A DNA stretch of 64,000 bases, taken from contig CAWJRG010000010.1 in NCBI GenBank assembly GCA_963845185.1, positions 263,832 to 327,831 of the forward strand, read 5' to 3'. The stretch is from an uncultured bacterium. GTDB taxonomy: Bacteria; Oederibacteriota; PGYV01; CAWJRG01. This document shows, one piece after another, positions 53,106 through 62,871 of the stretch (its first letter is position 1; each line of letters starts with the position of its first letter). A program made the translations under genes and the position numbers. Below the pieces are notes generated by a model. It was not told the origin of the DNA. It made no database searches and saw only the letters and a program-made list of their open reading frames with translations.

Positions 53106-54385
53106 CTACCTTTTTTTCATCCAATTTTTCACCATCTTCACACCCTGTTTAAACACTGCATGCCCTATCTTGCCAAAAAGTGACTTTGGCACATGGTTTT
53201 CCGCTTGCGTTATAATGTTCTTCACCAGTTCAAAGCCGGGATTTTTCTCTGTTTCTGGTCTCTGGTCTCTTGTTTCTGGTTGGGTATTACCTTGAGACTT
53301 GAAACCAGAAACCAGAGACTTGTTTTCCTTGTCATCACTTACCCCTTCCCCCTTACCACTTACCACCTCCCCCGCTCTTATCTGCTCATACAGTCCCGGC
53401 AAATCTGCAAGATACGGATTTTCGTCCAATTTACTGCCCTTATTCTTTAATCCCCATATTGCCCCTGCCGCGCCAAGCGCTGCCGCTGCGCCGCTGTCCT
53501 CGTCCGCTATTATAATATGAACACTGCCCTTAGCCGGCGTTTTTATCTGAAAATACCCTGTATCCTTCAACTCCTGCCACAGCTTGGCATACGGCCCGTC
53601 CTGCCCTGAGCTTCCATCCTGAGCTTGTCGAAGGGCTGCCAAAGAGACCCCCTCTCCCGCAGGGGGCGAGGGGTGTGTTTTGCTGCCATCCCCGAAGGAT
53701 TCCGGCGTATTGTCTGCTTTTATCCATTCAGCCAGCTTTTTGGCCTGCTTTTCAGTCATTTTCCCGGCTATAAGCACCTTTATTGCCTTTTCCATCTTAT
53801 CAACGTCGTCCGGATAACCATTCGCAAGCCCGGTTAGGGCAATTACGACAGACTCAGGTATCTTCCAGGCTGTGGATAACTCCGGATTCCGGAGTTGTCC
53901 ACATATTTGCTCTCTTGCCGCTGTATTCAACAGCCTCATTACCTTTGCCACATTCCCCACATATTGAAACCTTATTTGGAGCTTATCCGCGACTTCCTGG
54001 TTGTTGAGGTCAGGGCATAAAGCCATGTATTTTTCAATACCCAGGTAGTTGTCAAACCAGTTTGGCGGCTCCGCCTTATTGCCCATAATCAACTCCAGCA
54101 TCTCATCTGCCGGGCTGAGGCCCTTTACAACAACCGCCTCTATTTCGGTCCAGTTGTTCTGCTTTGCGCCTGCGTACCTGTATGCCCGCATAGGATGTAA
54201 TAGTTGATTCCCTGCCCCGACAGGCCGTCGCCGGCCTTTCTCTCGTCCGTCAAAAGCACCAGCTTGACAGGGTTAAGCAGCCCGTCCTTATCCATGGACT
54301 TTGCGACAGCGTCCACAATATCCTGTTGCAGGAAGCTCCTCGGGTTGTTTGGATGCGGCTTGATCTCGGAAATAGGTATCTTCAT
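53106..54385 (-). pseudogene. ParB/Srx-like nuclease-domain gene interrupted by a single-base frameshift near 54182
   Basis: ORF 54140..54385 begins MKIPISEIKPHPNNPR and ends ..INYYILCGH. ORF 53106..54191 continues in the -1 frame with (H)YRYAGAKQNNWTEIEAVVV. Joined, they restore a ParB-type Y-x-I-x-x-G-H-x-R-x-A box. Confidence 0.55.
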
Positions 54386-54407
54386 GTTAGAACCCCCATT
54401 ATGTTTT

Positions 54408-54596
54408 GGGCGATTCATGAATCGCCCCTACGTAATGCACAGCGTTTTATTCCTTATGTAGGGGTAATTCACGAATTACCCTGTCTTTGCCGTTCATCTC
54501 GTTTTGGACAATTCGCTATAGTCCCGAGCGAAGTCGAAGCGGATGAATTGCCCGTCTTTGTTGTTTCATTCGTTTTGGGCGATTCGTGAATCGCCC
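54408..54596. repeat. cluster of REP-like 20-bp palindromes with shared flanks
   Basis: GGGCGATTCATGAATCGCCC lies at 54408..54427, GGGTAATTCACGAATTACCC at 54462..54481, and GGGCGATTCGTGAATCGCCC at 54577..54596. Two degenerate copies are also present. The left flank (C/A)(G/T)GTTTTGG and right flank C(C/T)TAC/TGTCTTTG are shared. Confidence 0.7.
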
Positions 54597-54606
54597 CTAC
54601 TCTTCG

Positions 54607-55419
54607 TTATTTGATAATAAAAAGTTTAATATATAGGTATAAGACTGGCGCGTTAAAAAGCAGCGAGTCAATTTTATCCATTATTCCGCCCATTTCAGGC
54701 AGCAGGTTCGAAGAATTTTTAACTCCCGTGTATCTTTTTATCACGGACTCTGCTATATCGCCTGCCTGCCCGGTGAAGGACAATAGTACAGCAAGTATTA
54801 TAAGATGCGTCACTGGGAAAAAAGGAAAAAAATCCTTGAATATCAGAAGTTTTAATATTACTGTGGCAGCAATATTAATAATTATGCCTCCTATAAATCC
54901 CTCGACTGACTTTTTAGGTGAGAGCTCTACAATTAACTTGTGCCTGCCAAAAGCCACGCCTGTAAAATAAGCGCCCGCGTCGTAAATCCAGGTAAACATC
55001 ATCAGCGAGAATATCCAGTAATTCCCCTGCGGTAACTTTCTTAAAAGTATCACAAATGTGCCCAGGGCAGTAAGATAAACAAAAGGGAATACGGTGTTCA
55101 CAACCTTTGGCATATCCCTGTCCACATTTTTTGTTATTAGAATAATTGAGAGAAGGATCATTATCAGCGCCGCCAAAGTATAAAACCCGTACGCAGGGTT
55201 TCCTGTATATGCCACAAGCAAAAATGTTATAACCGAAGCCGTAAGCCCGATGTACATGAATGAAGCCATCTTTTTTGCTTTAAAAATACTGTAGATTTCA
55301 ATCAATCCTGCTAAAAAAACAGCCGTTACAAATGCATAAAACGGCCAGGTTATCGCAGACATTATAATAAAATAAATTGTCGGGCATGCTATGATGGCTA
55401 TTATAATGCGTTTAAGCAT
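54607..55419 (-). CDS. cdsA: phosphatidate cytidylyltransferase
   Basis: 270 aa and polytopic, with the C-terminal CdsA-like signature SVIKRYTGVKNSSNLLPEMGGIMDKIDSLLF. This is a variant of the S..KR..KD...PGHGG..DR.D consensus. It sits in a uppS-cdsA context. Confidence 0.85.
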   Translation of the reverse strand: MLKRIIIAIIACPTIYFIIMSAITWPFYAFVTAVFLAGLIEIYSIFKAKKMASFMYIGLTASVITFLLVAYTGNPAYGFYTLAALIMILLSIILITKNVDRDMPKVVNTVFPFVYLTALGTFVILLRKLPQGNYWIFSLMMFTWIYDAGAYFTGVAFGRHKLIVELSPKKSVEGFIGGIIINIAATVILKLLIFKDFFPFFPVTHLIILAVLLSFTGQAGDIAESVIKRYTGVKNSSNLLPEMGGIMDKIDSLLFNAPVLYLYIKLFIIK

Positions 55420-56131
55420 TTGTTACCCCGCCAAAACGCCTGTCGCGTTTATTAAATATTTTTATTGCTTCGACAAGCTGCAGCTTGCGGAAATCCGGCC
55501 AAAGTGTGTCAGTCACGTAAAACTCAGCGTAAGAAAGCTGCCATAAAAGAAAATTGCTCAGGCGCATTTCCCCGCTGGTGCGTATCATCAGGTCCGGGTC
55601 TGGAATGCCTTTGGTATACAGGTGCTCTGCTATTGTGTTCTCCGTTATGTCGGAAACCCGTATCCTGCCGTCCGCGTATTTTTTTGCTATGCTTTTAGCC
55701 GCCATGGTTATTTCATCCCTTGAACCGTAATTAAGAGCAAGCACAAGGGTCAAACCTGTGTTTTTCGAGGTTAATTTTATGACTTTAGCTATTTCTTTTT
55801 TTACGCCAGCCGGGAGTTTTGATATATTTCCTATGGCTAAAAAGCGCACGTTGTTTTTCATCATTGTCTTTTTTTCTTTTACGAGGTAATCCTTAAGAAG
55901 CCTCATCAGGAAGTTTACTTCACTTTCCTGTCTTTTCCAGTTTTCCGTTGAAAAAGCGTAGAGTGTGAGGTACTTGATTCCTAGCTCCGCGCAGGCTTCT
56001 GTAACAGCCCTTACGGATTTTGCCCCCTCTTTATGCCCCATGATTCTCGGCAGGTTCCTGTGTTTTGCCCATCTTCCGTTCCCATCCATTATTATGGCTA
56101 TATGTGTGGGTAATTTTTCGCCTCTTTTCAT
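55412..56131 (-). CDS. uppS: undecaprenyl diphosphate synthase
   Basis: 239 aa with HIAIIMDGNGRWA, YAFSTENWKR and RTSGEMRLSNFLLWQ motifs. Confidence 0.96.
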   Translation of the reverse strand: MKRGEKLPTHIAIIMDGNGRWAKHRNLPRIMGHKEGAKSVRAVTEACAELGIKYLTLYAFSTENWKRQESEVNFLMRLLKDYLVKEKKTMMKNNVRFLAIGNISKLPAGVKKEIAKVIKLTSKNTGLTLVLALNYGSRDEITMAAKSIAKKYADGRIRVSDITENTIAEHLYTKGIPDPDLMIRTSGEMRLSNFLLWQLSYAEFYVTDTLWPDFRKLQLVEAIKIFNKRDRRFGGVTNA

Positions 56132-56216
56132 CAGTCACCTTTATGATAAATACCGAAAAGTGGAATTTTTAAAAATTTTTTCTTTTTGATTTTCGAGGTG
56201 TAAAATTTGCTCGGCA

Positions 56217-56771
56217 TTATATGGTCATCAAGTCTTGTTCTTTTGCCTTTGCAATATCATCAATTTCTTTTATAAATTTATCCGTTGTTTTTTGCACCCG
56301 TGCTTCGCCGTGTTTTAAATCGTCCTCGGATATTTCCTTTGTTTTCTGTTTATCCTTGAGTTTTTCGTTTGTATCTCTTCTCACGTTCCTTATATTTACC
56401 TTTGTCTCTTCGGCTATTTTCCCCACTTTTTTAACAAGTTCTTTTCTGGTTTCCTCGGTTAGTTCCGGAAATTTAACTTTTAAAGATTCCCCTGTATTCA
56501 CCACCGAAAGCCCTATGTTTGCCGCAAGTATGGATTTTTCAATCTCGGCAAGCATGATTTTATCCCATGGTTTTATGTCGATGGTTTTAGCTTCAATTAC
56601 CGCTACGCTTGCCACCTGATTTATGGGCATTGCGCTGCCGTAATACTGCACTTTTATGCCGTCGAGAACCCCCGCGTTTGCCCTGCCCGTCCTTATATTC
56701 GCAAGTTCCTTCTGAAAAACTTCGACAGTCTTCGTCATTTTTCCTTCTGATTCCTTAAAAATTTCCTCCAT
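56217..56771 (-). CDS. frr: ribosome recycling factor
   Basis: 184 aa with the typical RRF sequence (LANIRTGRAN...VRRDTNEKLK). Confidence 0.96.
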   Translation of the reverse strand: MEEIFKESEGKMTKTVEVFQKELANIRTGRANAGVLDGIKVQYYGSAMPINQVASVAVIEAKTIDIKPWDKIMLAEIEKSILAANIGLSVVNTGESLKVKFPELTEETRKELVKKVGKIAEETKVNIRNVRRDTNEKLKDKQKTKEISEDDLKHGEARVQKTTDKFIKEIDDIAKAKEQDLMTI

Positions 56772-56785
56772 AATACATCCTCCTG

Positions 56786-57505
56786 CTATGAAGTTATTAT
56801 GGTACCAATATTCTTCTTTTCAGCAACTTTTTTTATGTTCCCTTTTTCTTTCAGATTAAAAATAATTATCGGAATTTTATTGTCCATGCAAAGAGATATT
56901 GCAGTGGCATCCATCACCTTAAGGCCCTTGTTCAGTACGTCAATATATGAAAGTTTGGAATATTTTTTTGCGTTCTTGTCTATTTCAGGGTCTCCGCTGT
57001 ATACGCCGGATACTCTTGTTGCTTTTAAAATTACTTCGGCACCCATCTCAATTGCGCGTAAAGCCGCTGCTGTATCCGTTGTAAAATAAGGATTGCCTGT
57101 GCCGCCTCCGAATATTACCACCCTGCCTTTCTGCAGGTGCCTTTGCGCCCTTCTTTTTATAAAAGGCTCGGCAATTTCATGCATTTCAATTGCAGTCAGT
57201 ACTCTTGTTTGTATATTCATCTGCTCCAGTATGTCCTGAAGCGCAATGGAATTGATTATGGTCGCAAGCATTCCCATATAATCGCCGACAACCCTGTCTA
57301 TTTTGAAATTCTTTCCCCTGCCGCCCCTGAATATATTTCCTCCTCCTATGACGACGCCGATTTCGACTCCCATCCTGTGCACTTCTTTTATTTCCTCGGC
57401 TATATTGTAAACCGTATCATAATCTATCCCTGATGATTTTTCGCCGGCAAGAGCTTCGCCGGAAATTTTTAGCATGATACGTTTATATTTGGAACCCTTC
57501 GCCAT
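56786..57505 (-). CDS. pyrH: UMP kinase
   Basis: 239 aa with [13 protein letters not shown] and [19 protein letters not shown] motifs. Confidence 0.96.
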   Translation of the reverse strand: MAKGSKYKRIMLKISGEALAGEKSSGIDYDTVYNIAEEIKEVHRMGVEIGVVIGGGNIFRGGRGKNFKIDRVVGDYMGMLATIINSIALQDILEQMNIQTRVLTAIEMHEIAEPFIKRRAQRHLQKGRVVIFGGGTGNPYFTTDTAAALRAIEMGAEVILKATRVSGVYSGDPEIDKNAKKYSKLSYIDVLNKGLKVMDATAISLCMDNKIPIIIFNLKEKGNIKKVAEKKNIGTIITS

Positions 57506-57555
57506 ATTAGCAAACCTCCATTGTCGATATTGGATAAGTACCGTCCAATATCGCT

Positions 57556-58155
57556 TTAATTTTCTCCCACTTTGAATCTTGCGAACCTTTTTACTACTAT
57601 ATTTTCGCCTATCTTGGCAATTTTTTCCTTAATGATGCTTTCTATTGTCTTTTTGTCGTCTTTTATATAAGCCTGTTCAATAAGGCATGTGTCCTTATAA
57701 AATTTATCCAGTTTGCCTTCGATAATTTTTTCAATAACCGGTGCGGGTTTGCCTGAATCTTTCATCTGTGACCTGTAAATCTCTTTTTCCTTTTCAATGA
57801 CTTCAGCCGGGACATCTTCTCTTTTCACATACTGAGGTGCCATTGCCGCTATTTGCATTGCGATTTCCTTTGCGAGTTCCTGGAAATCATCGGTCCTAGC
57901 CACAAAATCAGTCTCGCAGTTAATCTCAAGCATTGCTCCAAGTTTATTGTTTGAATGGATGTATGAATAAACAAGCCCTTCTTTTGCAACTCTGTCGCTT
58001 TTTTTTGCCGCTCCAGCTATTCCCTTTTCCCTCAAATAATCAACTGCCTTGCCAATGTCTCCGCTTGTTTCAGCAAGGGCTTTCTTGCAATCATTCACAC
58101 CCGCCCCTGTTTTTTCCCTTAGTTCTTTTACCATTTCTATTGTTACTTCAGCCAT
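57556..58155 (-). CDS. tsf: elongation factor Ts (short form)
   Basis: 199 aa beginning [20 protein letters not shown], and containing [13 protein letters not shown]. Confidence 0.95.
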   Translation of the reverse strand: MAEVTIEMVKELREKTGAGVNDCKKALAETSGDIGKAVDYLREKGIAGAAKKSDRVAKEGLVYSYIHSNNKLGAMLEINCETDFVARTDDFQELAKEIAMQIAAMAPQYVKREDVPAEVIEKEKEIYRSQMKDSGKPAPVIEKIIEGKLDKFYKDTCLIEQAYIKDDKKTIESIIKEKIAKIGENIVVKRFARFKVGEN

Positions 58156-58220
58156 ATCACTTTCTCCTTTTATTTTTCATATATGCATGGCGATTATTTA
58201 ATTTACGCCGTGACATATTT

Positions 58221-59078
58221 TTAATTTTGCGTCGATGTTGGTTCTGATTGGGGCGGTTCTTCCTTAAAAACAGTTTCAAAATTCATATTGGGTTCAAACG
58301 CGGCTGCTTTTTCGCCTGATTCATCTGTTTTTGCGGCAATTGCCTCTGCTGAGGATTCCTGTTCTACTTTAACTTCAACTGCCTTTTCCCTTTCAATAGC
58401 GACTTTTTCTTCTGTTATCGTGTCCGCCATTATCTTGCACATCAGGCGGACAGCCCTTATCGCATCATCGTTCCCTGGAATTAAAAAATCAATACCATCA
58501 GGGTCGCAGTTTGTGTCTACAACGGCTACTGTAGGTATTCCGAGCCTGTTTGCCTCTTTTACCGCATTCTCTTCCCTTTTTACGTCTATAACAAATATTG
58601 CGCCAGGAAGTATGTCCATGTCTTTTAATCCTTCAAGGTTGTTTTTTAATTTTTTGAATTCTTTCTGGATAGCCATTTTTTCTTTTATCGGGTATTTTTC
58701 AAATCCGCCCGTAGCTTCCATCTCTTCAAGTTCTTTGAGCCGCTCAACCCTTTTTTTGATGGTTACAAAATTCGTAAGAATCCCGCCAAGCCATCTGTTG
58801 TTGATATATGGCATGCCGCAGCGGATTGCCTCTTCCTTGATTGCGTCCTTGGATTGTTTTTTGGTGCCGACAAAAAGGATTTTTTTGCCGTTCCTTACAA
58901 CCTGCCTAAGAAATTGAACCGCTTCTTTTGTATAGCGCATGGTTTTTTGCAGGTCGACGATGTAAATACCGTTTCTTGCGGCAAATATGTAGGGTTTCAT
59001 TTTGGGGTTCCATCTTTTGGTCTGGTGCCCGAAATGGACCCCGCTTTCGAGAAGTGCTTTCATGGAAATCTGTGGCAT
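58221..59078 (-). CDS. rpsB: 30S ribosomal protein S2
   Basis: 285 aa beginning [19 protein letters not shown]. It has an acidic C-terminal extension. Confidence 0.96.
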   Translation of the reverse strand: MPQISMKALLESGVHFGHQTKRWNPKMKPYIFAARNGIYIVDLQKTMRYTKEAVQFLRQVVRNGKKILFVGTKKQSKDAIKEEAIRCGMPYINNRWLGGILTNFVTIKKRVERLKELEEMEATGGFEKYPIKEKMAIQKEFKKLKNNLEGLKDMDILPGAIFVIDVKREENAVKEANRLGIPTVAVVDTNCDPDGIDFLIPGNDDAIRAVRLMCKIMADTITEEKVAIEREKAVEVKVEQESSAEAIAAKTDESGEKAAAFEPNMNFETVFKEEPPQSEPTSTQN

Positions 59079-59202
59079 AAAACTTCCTCCTTTAGGTTTT
59101 TTCCTCTGCTTCCGTCATTTTTCAACGTTCCCCTGTTTCTTAAGGGGACCTGCGCTGAAATCAGGCAAGCATGTGTTATTTAAATCCTTTAAAAGCTGCT
59201 AA

Positions 59203-59231
59203 ATAGTATCATACCATATATTATTTTGCAA
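59203..59231 (-). promoter_or_regulatory. sigma70-type promoter of rpsB-tsf
   Basis: Minus strand: TTGCAA (59231..59226), a 17-nt spacer, then TACTAT (59208..59203). The leader is about 120 nt and contains a TCCCCT-n8-AGGGGA hairpin. Confidence 0.5.
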
Positions 59232-59281
59232 GAAATTTCTTTAAGACTAGGTCCATTGCTTTTTTGAAAAATATGATACTT

Positions 59282-60943
59282 TTATATGGAATATTTAAAC
59301 ATTGTTTTAATTTTTTCGTAATTGTTCGTTTTTCCTAGTTTTTTGAAAATATTTTTAAATATCTTCTTAGCCTGCCCCGGCAAATGCAAAAGATACCTGT
59401 AATCAGCCGGCACTTCCGCTTTCGTGACGTTCAAAATTTTGTCTGTTGTATGCGGCAGGTTTAAAACCCAGACATTTGAACTTTTTATTTTAAACTGCGT
59501 GAGCAATGGATATTGATTATTGAGAAGTATAAGATTTTTCCCCTTGTTTATCGTCTGGCTTATAAAAATATTATCTTCAATCTTATAGCTTTTCCCCTTT
59601 ATATCAATTGTTTTTATTTTTATGCCTTCTTCCGATTTTTTGATTTCAAATTTTTTGTTTATATGCCCTGCAAAATTAATTGTCATAAATATATCTTTTT
59701 TTTGTTTCAATAGGAATGTGAAAACTTTTTCAAATTCTCCTCTTTCAGCGGACTGCTCGGTTAAAATTACGCCTTTTGACTGTGTTTTCAGGTTTGGCGT
59801 AATAAAAGCCGGGGCATCAAGCATGAGAAAATACTGGTGCAGTTTCTCGTCACCGTAAGTGTTTAATGCCCTTATAATAGGTATTGAAAAAACGGTTTTG
59901 TCCTCTGCCGCTGAATCTATTTTAGGGGTATGTTTTATAAGCGACTCTACCAGCGGCCTTACCTTAGGCAGCGGCAGGTTTCCTGCGCAAAATAAGATTA
60001 TTTCTTCAGCGCCTGCTAAAGATGCCTGATATGCCTGTTCCGGGTATGTTTTTTCATCGCACATATAAGCGTCAAGCCACGCTTTTTTTACTTTATTTCC
60101 TGCAATCTCATGTATATATCTATGCAGCATTGCGCCGTAGACCGGCATATACCGTGATTTGTTAAAATCCCTTGTTTCAACTCCAACGGCAATTTCGTCG
60201 AATGCTGGCACGAGTTTGGCCAGGTCATAACCCCTGTCATAGTATGATTCCATCCAGTTGGGAAGCTTTAATATAAGTTTAACGTCTTTTTTTATTTCCT
60301 TTGCCGGGGTTATTATATTCTTTTTTGCCGCCTCAAAAAGAAGCTCGCTCCTGAATTCCTGCCATGTTTTATTATGCCTCATTTTTATACAATTTGAGCA
60401 CTTGCATACGGTAAAATACCAGTCATCAATTATTATTTCATTGAACATGCCGGCGGTGTACCTGAAAATTTCCGCCATTTTTTCATTTCCACGCCTGTCG
60501 GTATAGCAGGTCGAAGCACAGGCATATTCATTGTATTTCGTCCTGTTGGAAAAATGAGTGGTTGTTACCGCGCCAGAAACCGCAAAACCTTTATTTGACA
60601 GGATTTCTTTTGCATAAAGTATCGTATTTTCATCCACCAGTAAACCGTCTCTGTAGGTTTCGAGATAGACCTTTTTTACATTAAGCGGAGAAAAAATATC
60701 TATGAAATCCTCCATGATTTTGTCATAATCCCTGACGTCAAAGGCTGTAAAATAAAGTGAATATGAAAAATTTTCGGGATTGACTTTTTTGCCTGCAAAA
60801 GGTGAATAATTCGTGACAAGCGGATCCGCCGGCACTGAAACCGGCTGCATTGCGAGGGGTCTTAATTCCTTTGATGGGTAACTAAGTGCATTAACAAATT
60901 CTATTTGTTTTGTTTCTTTTTCCTTTTTATTTTTTTTGGTCAT
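59282..60943 (-). CDS. hypothetical protein, 553 aa
   Basis: This is a long uninterrupted ORF with no motif I can name. It has an internal DDWYFTVCKCSNC cysteine cluster and no obvious signal peptide. Confidence 0.6.
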   Translation of the reverse strand: MTKKNKKEKETKQIEFVNALSYPSKELRPLAMQPVSVPADPLVTNYSPFAGKKVNPENFSYSLYFTAFDVRDYDKIMEDFIDIFSPLNVKKVYLETYRDGLLVDENTILYAKEILSNKGFAVSGAVTTTHFSNRTKYNEYACASTCYTDRRGNEKMAEIFRYTAGMFNEIIIDDWYFTVCKCSNCIKMRHNKTWQEFRSELLFEAAKKNIITPAKEIKKDVKLILKLPNWMESYYDRGYDLAKLVPAFDEIAVGVETRDFNKSRYMPVYGAMLHRYIHEIAGNKVKKAWLDAYMCDEKTYPEQAYQASLAGAEEIILFCAGNLPLPKVRPLVESLIKHTPKIDSAAEDKTVFSIPIIRALNTYGDEKLHQYFLMLDAPAFITPNLKTQSKGVILTEQSAERGEFEKVFTFLLKQKKDIFMTINFAGHINKKFEIKKSEEGIKIKTIDIKGKSYKIEDNIFISQTINKGKNLILLNNQYPLLTQFKIKSSNVWVLNLPHTTDKILNVTKAEVPADYRYLLHLPGQAKKIFKNIFKKLGKTNNYEKIKTMFKYSI

Positions 60944-61217
60944 TTTTCCTCTTTTTAATGCGGGAGTCCCACATATTTTTCATTCAGAAACATTTTACAT
61001 TTAACCGTTTTTTCTAAAAACCACAATTTTGTACATAGTTGAATAAAATTTGTCCCCTATTATAACCATACAACTTTTCATTTACAAGCAAAAAGTTGAT
61101 AAGGCTGGTTTTAATGGATGGTTCCGCCGCGCCAGAATATCATGCTTGCCTCTCCCTGAAAAAACTGACGTTGGCAGGGACTGTATAAAATTCATTCGTA
61201 ACGTTTATGAATTCTAA

Positions 61218-62135
61218 CTATTTCTCAGGCCTTCTTTCAAATAATTTCCTCTTCATCTTTACCTTTTTATTTGAAAAATTTCTGTTATTATTGTCATATT
61301 TATGAAGCATCTTCTGCACTTTCATTCTTCTTTCCTGTGAAAATGAATTTGGCGAGCTGTTAAGCCTCTGCCTGAAATTCTCCATTTTTTTCTGCCTTAC
61401 CTGTTGTTGGTACTGGCGCAGCCTGCCTGTTCTTTTCAATTCGCGCATATACTTTACCCTGTTTCTCATGTCAAACATCTCGGTCTTGCGTTTTAAAAAA
61501 TATTCTCTCATTTTATAAGGATTGGACGCCTTCCTGTCCTTTTCACCAACGGTCGTTTCCTGGTTTTCTGGTATAATTACTTCATTTACAACCTTTCCGT
61601 TTGCGTCAAGCCCAGAAACTTTTACGCTTCCGCCATAAACACCAACCTTGCTGTCCCTGTTATTCTGGTCCCCTGCGTCGACTGCGAAGTCTGTGCCCTT
61701 TACGGCAGCCATCGCCATCTTGGTTTTAACCTCGAACTTGTCATTGCCCTGAAGCTTATTTACAGATGTGAAAAGTTTGCCGGTTATTAATTCAATTATT
61801 GTTTGTTTCCAGTCCTTGCGTTCAAGGGTAAGTATCACCATGTCGCTGTTTGGGTCCAATTTTACAATGGTATCATCGTCAAACGCAATTTCGGCATAAC
61901 CGTCTTTTCCTGTTTTAACAGTGTCATTTTCATACAGCGGCAAGTACATATCGTCTATATCCTCGTATTTGTTTTCCCCGTTTCTCTTTATCTGGCAGTC
62001 GCCGTTGAAGTCATTTATATACGCTATTGAGTATTGACCTTCCTCTGCCGCATAGATTTTCTGCGCCGGCTGCTGTGTTTGGTATATTAGAACAAGTGCC
62101 GCAAACATCATAAAAAATTTTGAAAATGTTTTCAT
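61218..62135 (-). CDS. secreted FecR-domain protein with a basic C-terminal tail
   Basis: 305 aa with a signal peptide. The beta-rich segment KTGKDGYAEIAFDDDTIVKLDPNSDMVI fits the FecR-domain pattern. The C-terminal roughly 90 aa are R/K/Q-rich. Confidence 0.7.
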   Translation of the reverse strand: MKTFSKFFMMFAALVLIYQTQQPAQKIYAAEEGQYSIAYINDFNGDCQIKRNGENKYEDIDDMYLPLYENDTVKTGKDGYAEIAFDDDTIVKLDPNSDMVILTLERKDWKQTIIELITGKLFTSVNKLQGNDKFEVKTKMAMAAVKGTDFAVDAGDQNNRDSKVGVYGGSVKVSGLDANGKVVNEVIIPENQETTVGEKDRKASNPYKMREYFLKRKTEMFDMRNRVKYMRELKRTGRLRQYQQQVRQKKMENFRQRLNSSPNSFSQERRMKVQKMLHKYDNNNRNFSNKKVKMKRKLFERRPEK

Positions 62136-62250
62136 GCGAATCCTCCTTTATAATCTTTATGTATTTGACGCTAATTTCATACAGAATGTTTACGCGAAAC
62201 TGTCTTGTAATAAATGCCGGGTAAACATTCGCTTAAATTACGGTCTAAAA

Positions 62251-62871
62251 CTATTTCGTTATAAGATAAATGCCATAAATAAGCAGCCAGATTGAAACCA
62301 GAATTGCTGCTATCTTGCCGGCGTTCCTTACCCTGTCAAATCTTGTTATTAGCCCTGTAAAAATAAAAGGCAAGACATAAACCGTAGTCGAAGCGAAAAA
62401 AAACGCAAAATACAAAATGCTCCCGAAAACTGTTTTTAATGCAATTGTGTATGAAAACGCCGCTAAGAAAGGCGGGCAAAAATTCAGGCCGTTGATAAGT
62501 CCTGCAGTAAAAGGTATTCTCGCCGACACTTTCAAAAAATTCATGTATTTATTTGTTTTTTCAATCCCTTCAAAAATAATGCCTGATGAATAAAGTAGCA
62601 TTAAAAAAGCCGTAACAATTATTAATATTCCGTATATTTTTCCTGATATTTTCATATTTCCTATTAATATGCCTGTCATTCCCGCTATTATTCCGGCTAT
62701 CATATAGGCAATCAACCTGCCGGTCAGGTATTCCATTACTATAAGGAAATTGCCCTTGGTGTTTCTGTGCTCTGCAATCAAAAACGGCACCAAAAAAGGC
62801 GTGCATGCCCCAAGACAACTCCCACCTGATGACAGGCCCAGCAAGAGGGCGTTTATCATATGGCTGCCCAT
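62251..62871 (-). CDS. six-TM membrane protein, tentatively DsbD_2/CcdA-like
   Basis: 206 aa. A Cys pair lies in the first TM region (GGSCLGACTPFLVPF). The functional assignment is tentative. Confidence 0.5.
   Translation of the reverse strand: MGSHMINALLLGLSSGGSCLGACTPFLVPFLIAEHRNTKGNFLIVMEYLTGRLIAYMIAGIIAGMTGILIGNMKISGKIYGILIIVTAFLMLLYSSGIIFEGIEKTNKYMNFLKVSARIPFTAGLINGLNFCPPFLAAFSYTIALKTVFGSILYFAFFFASTTVYVLPFIFTGLITRFDRVRNAGKIAAILVSIWLLIYGIYLITK

Noticed and set aside
54404-54600. A possible CRISPR array, suggested by repeated palindromes.
   Set aside because: Repeat spacing is irregular (54 and 115 nt between strong copies). The copies are degenerate, the spacers share sequence with each other, and no cas genes are present. 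The cluster is better described as REP-like.
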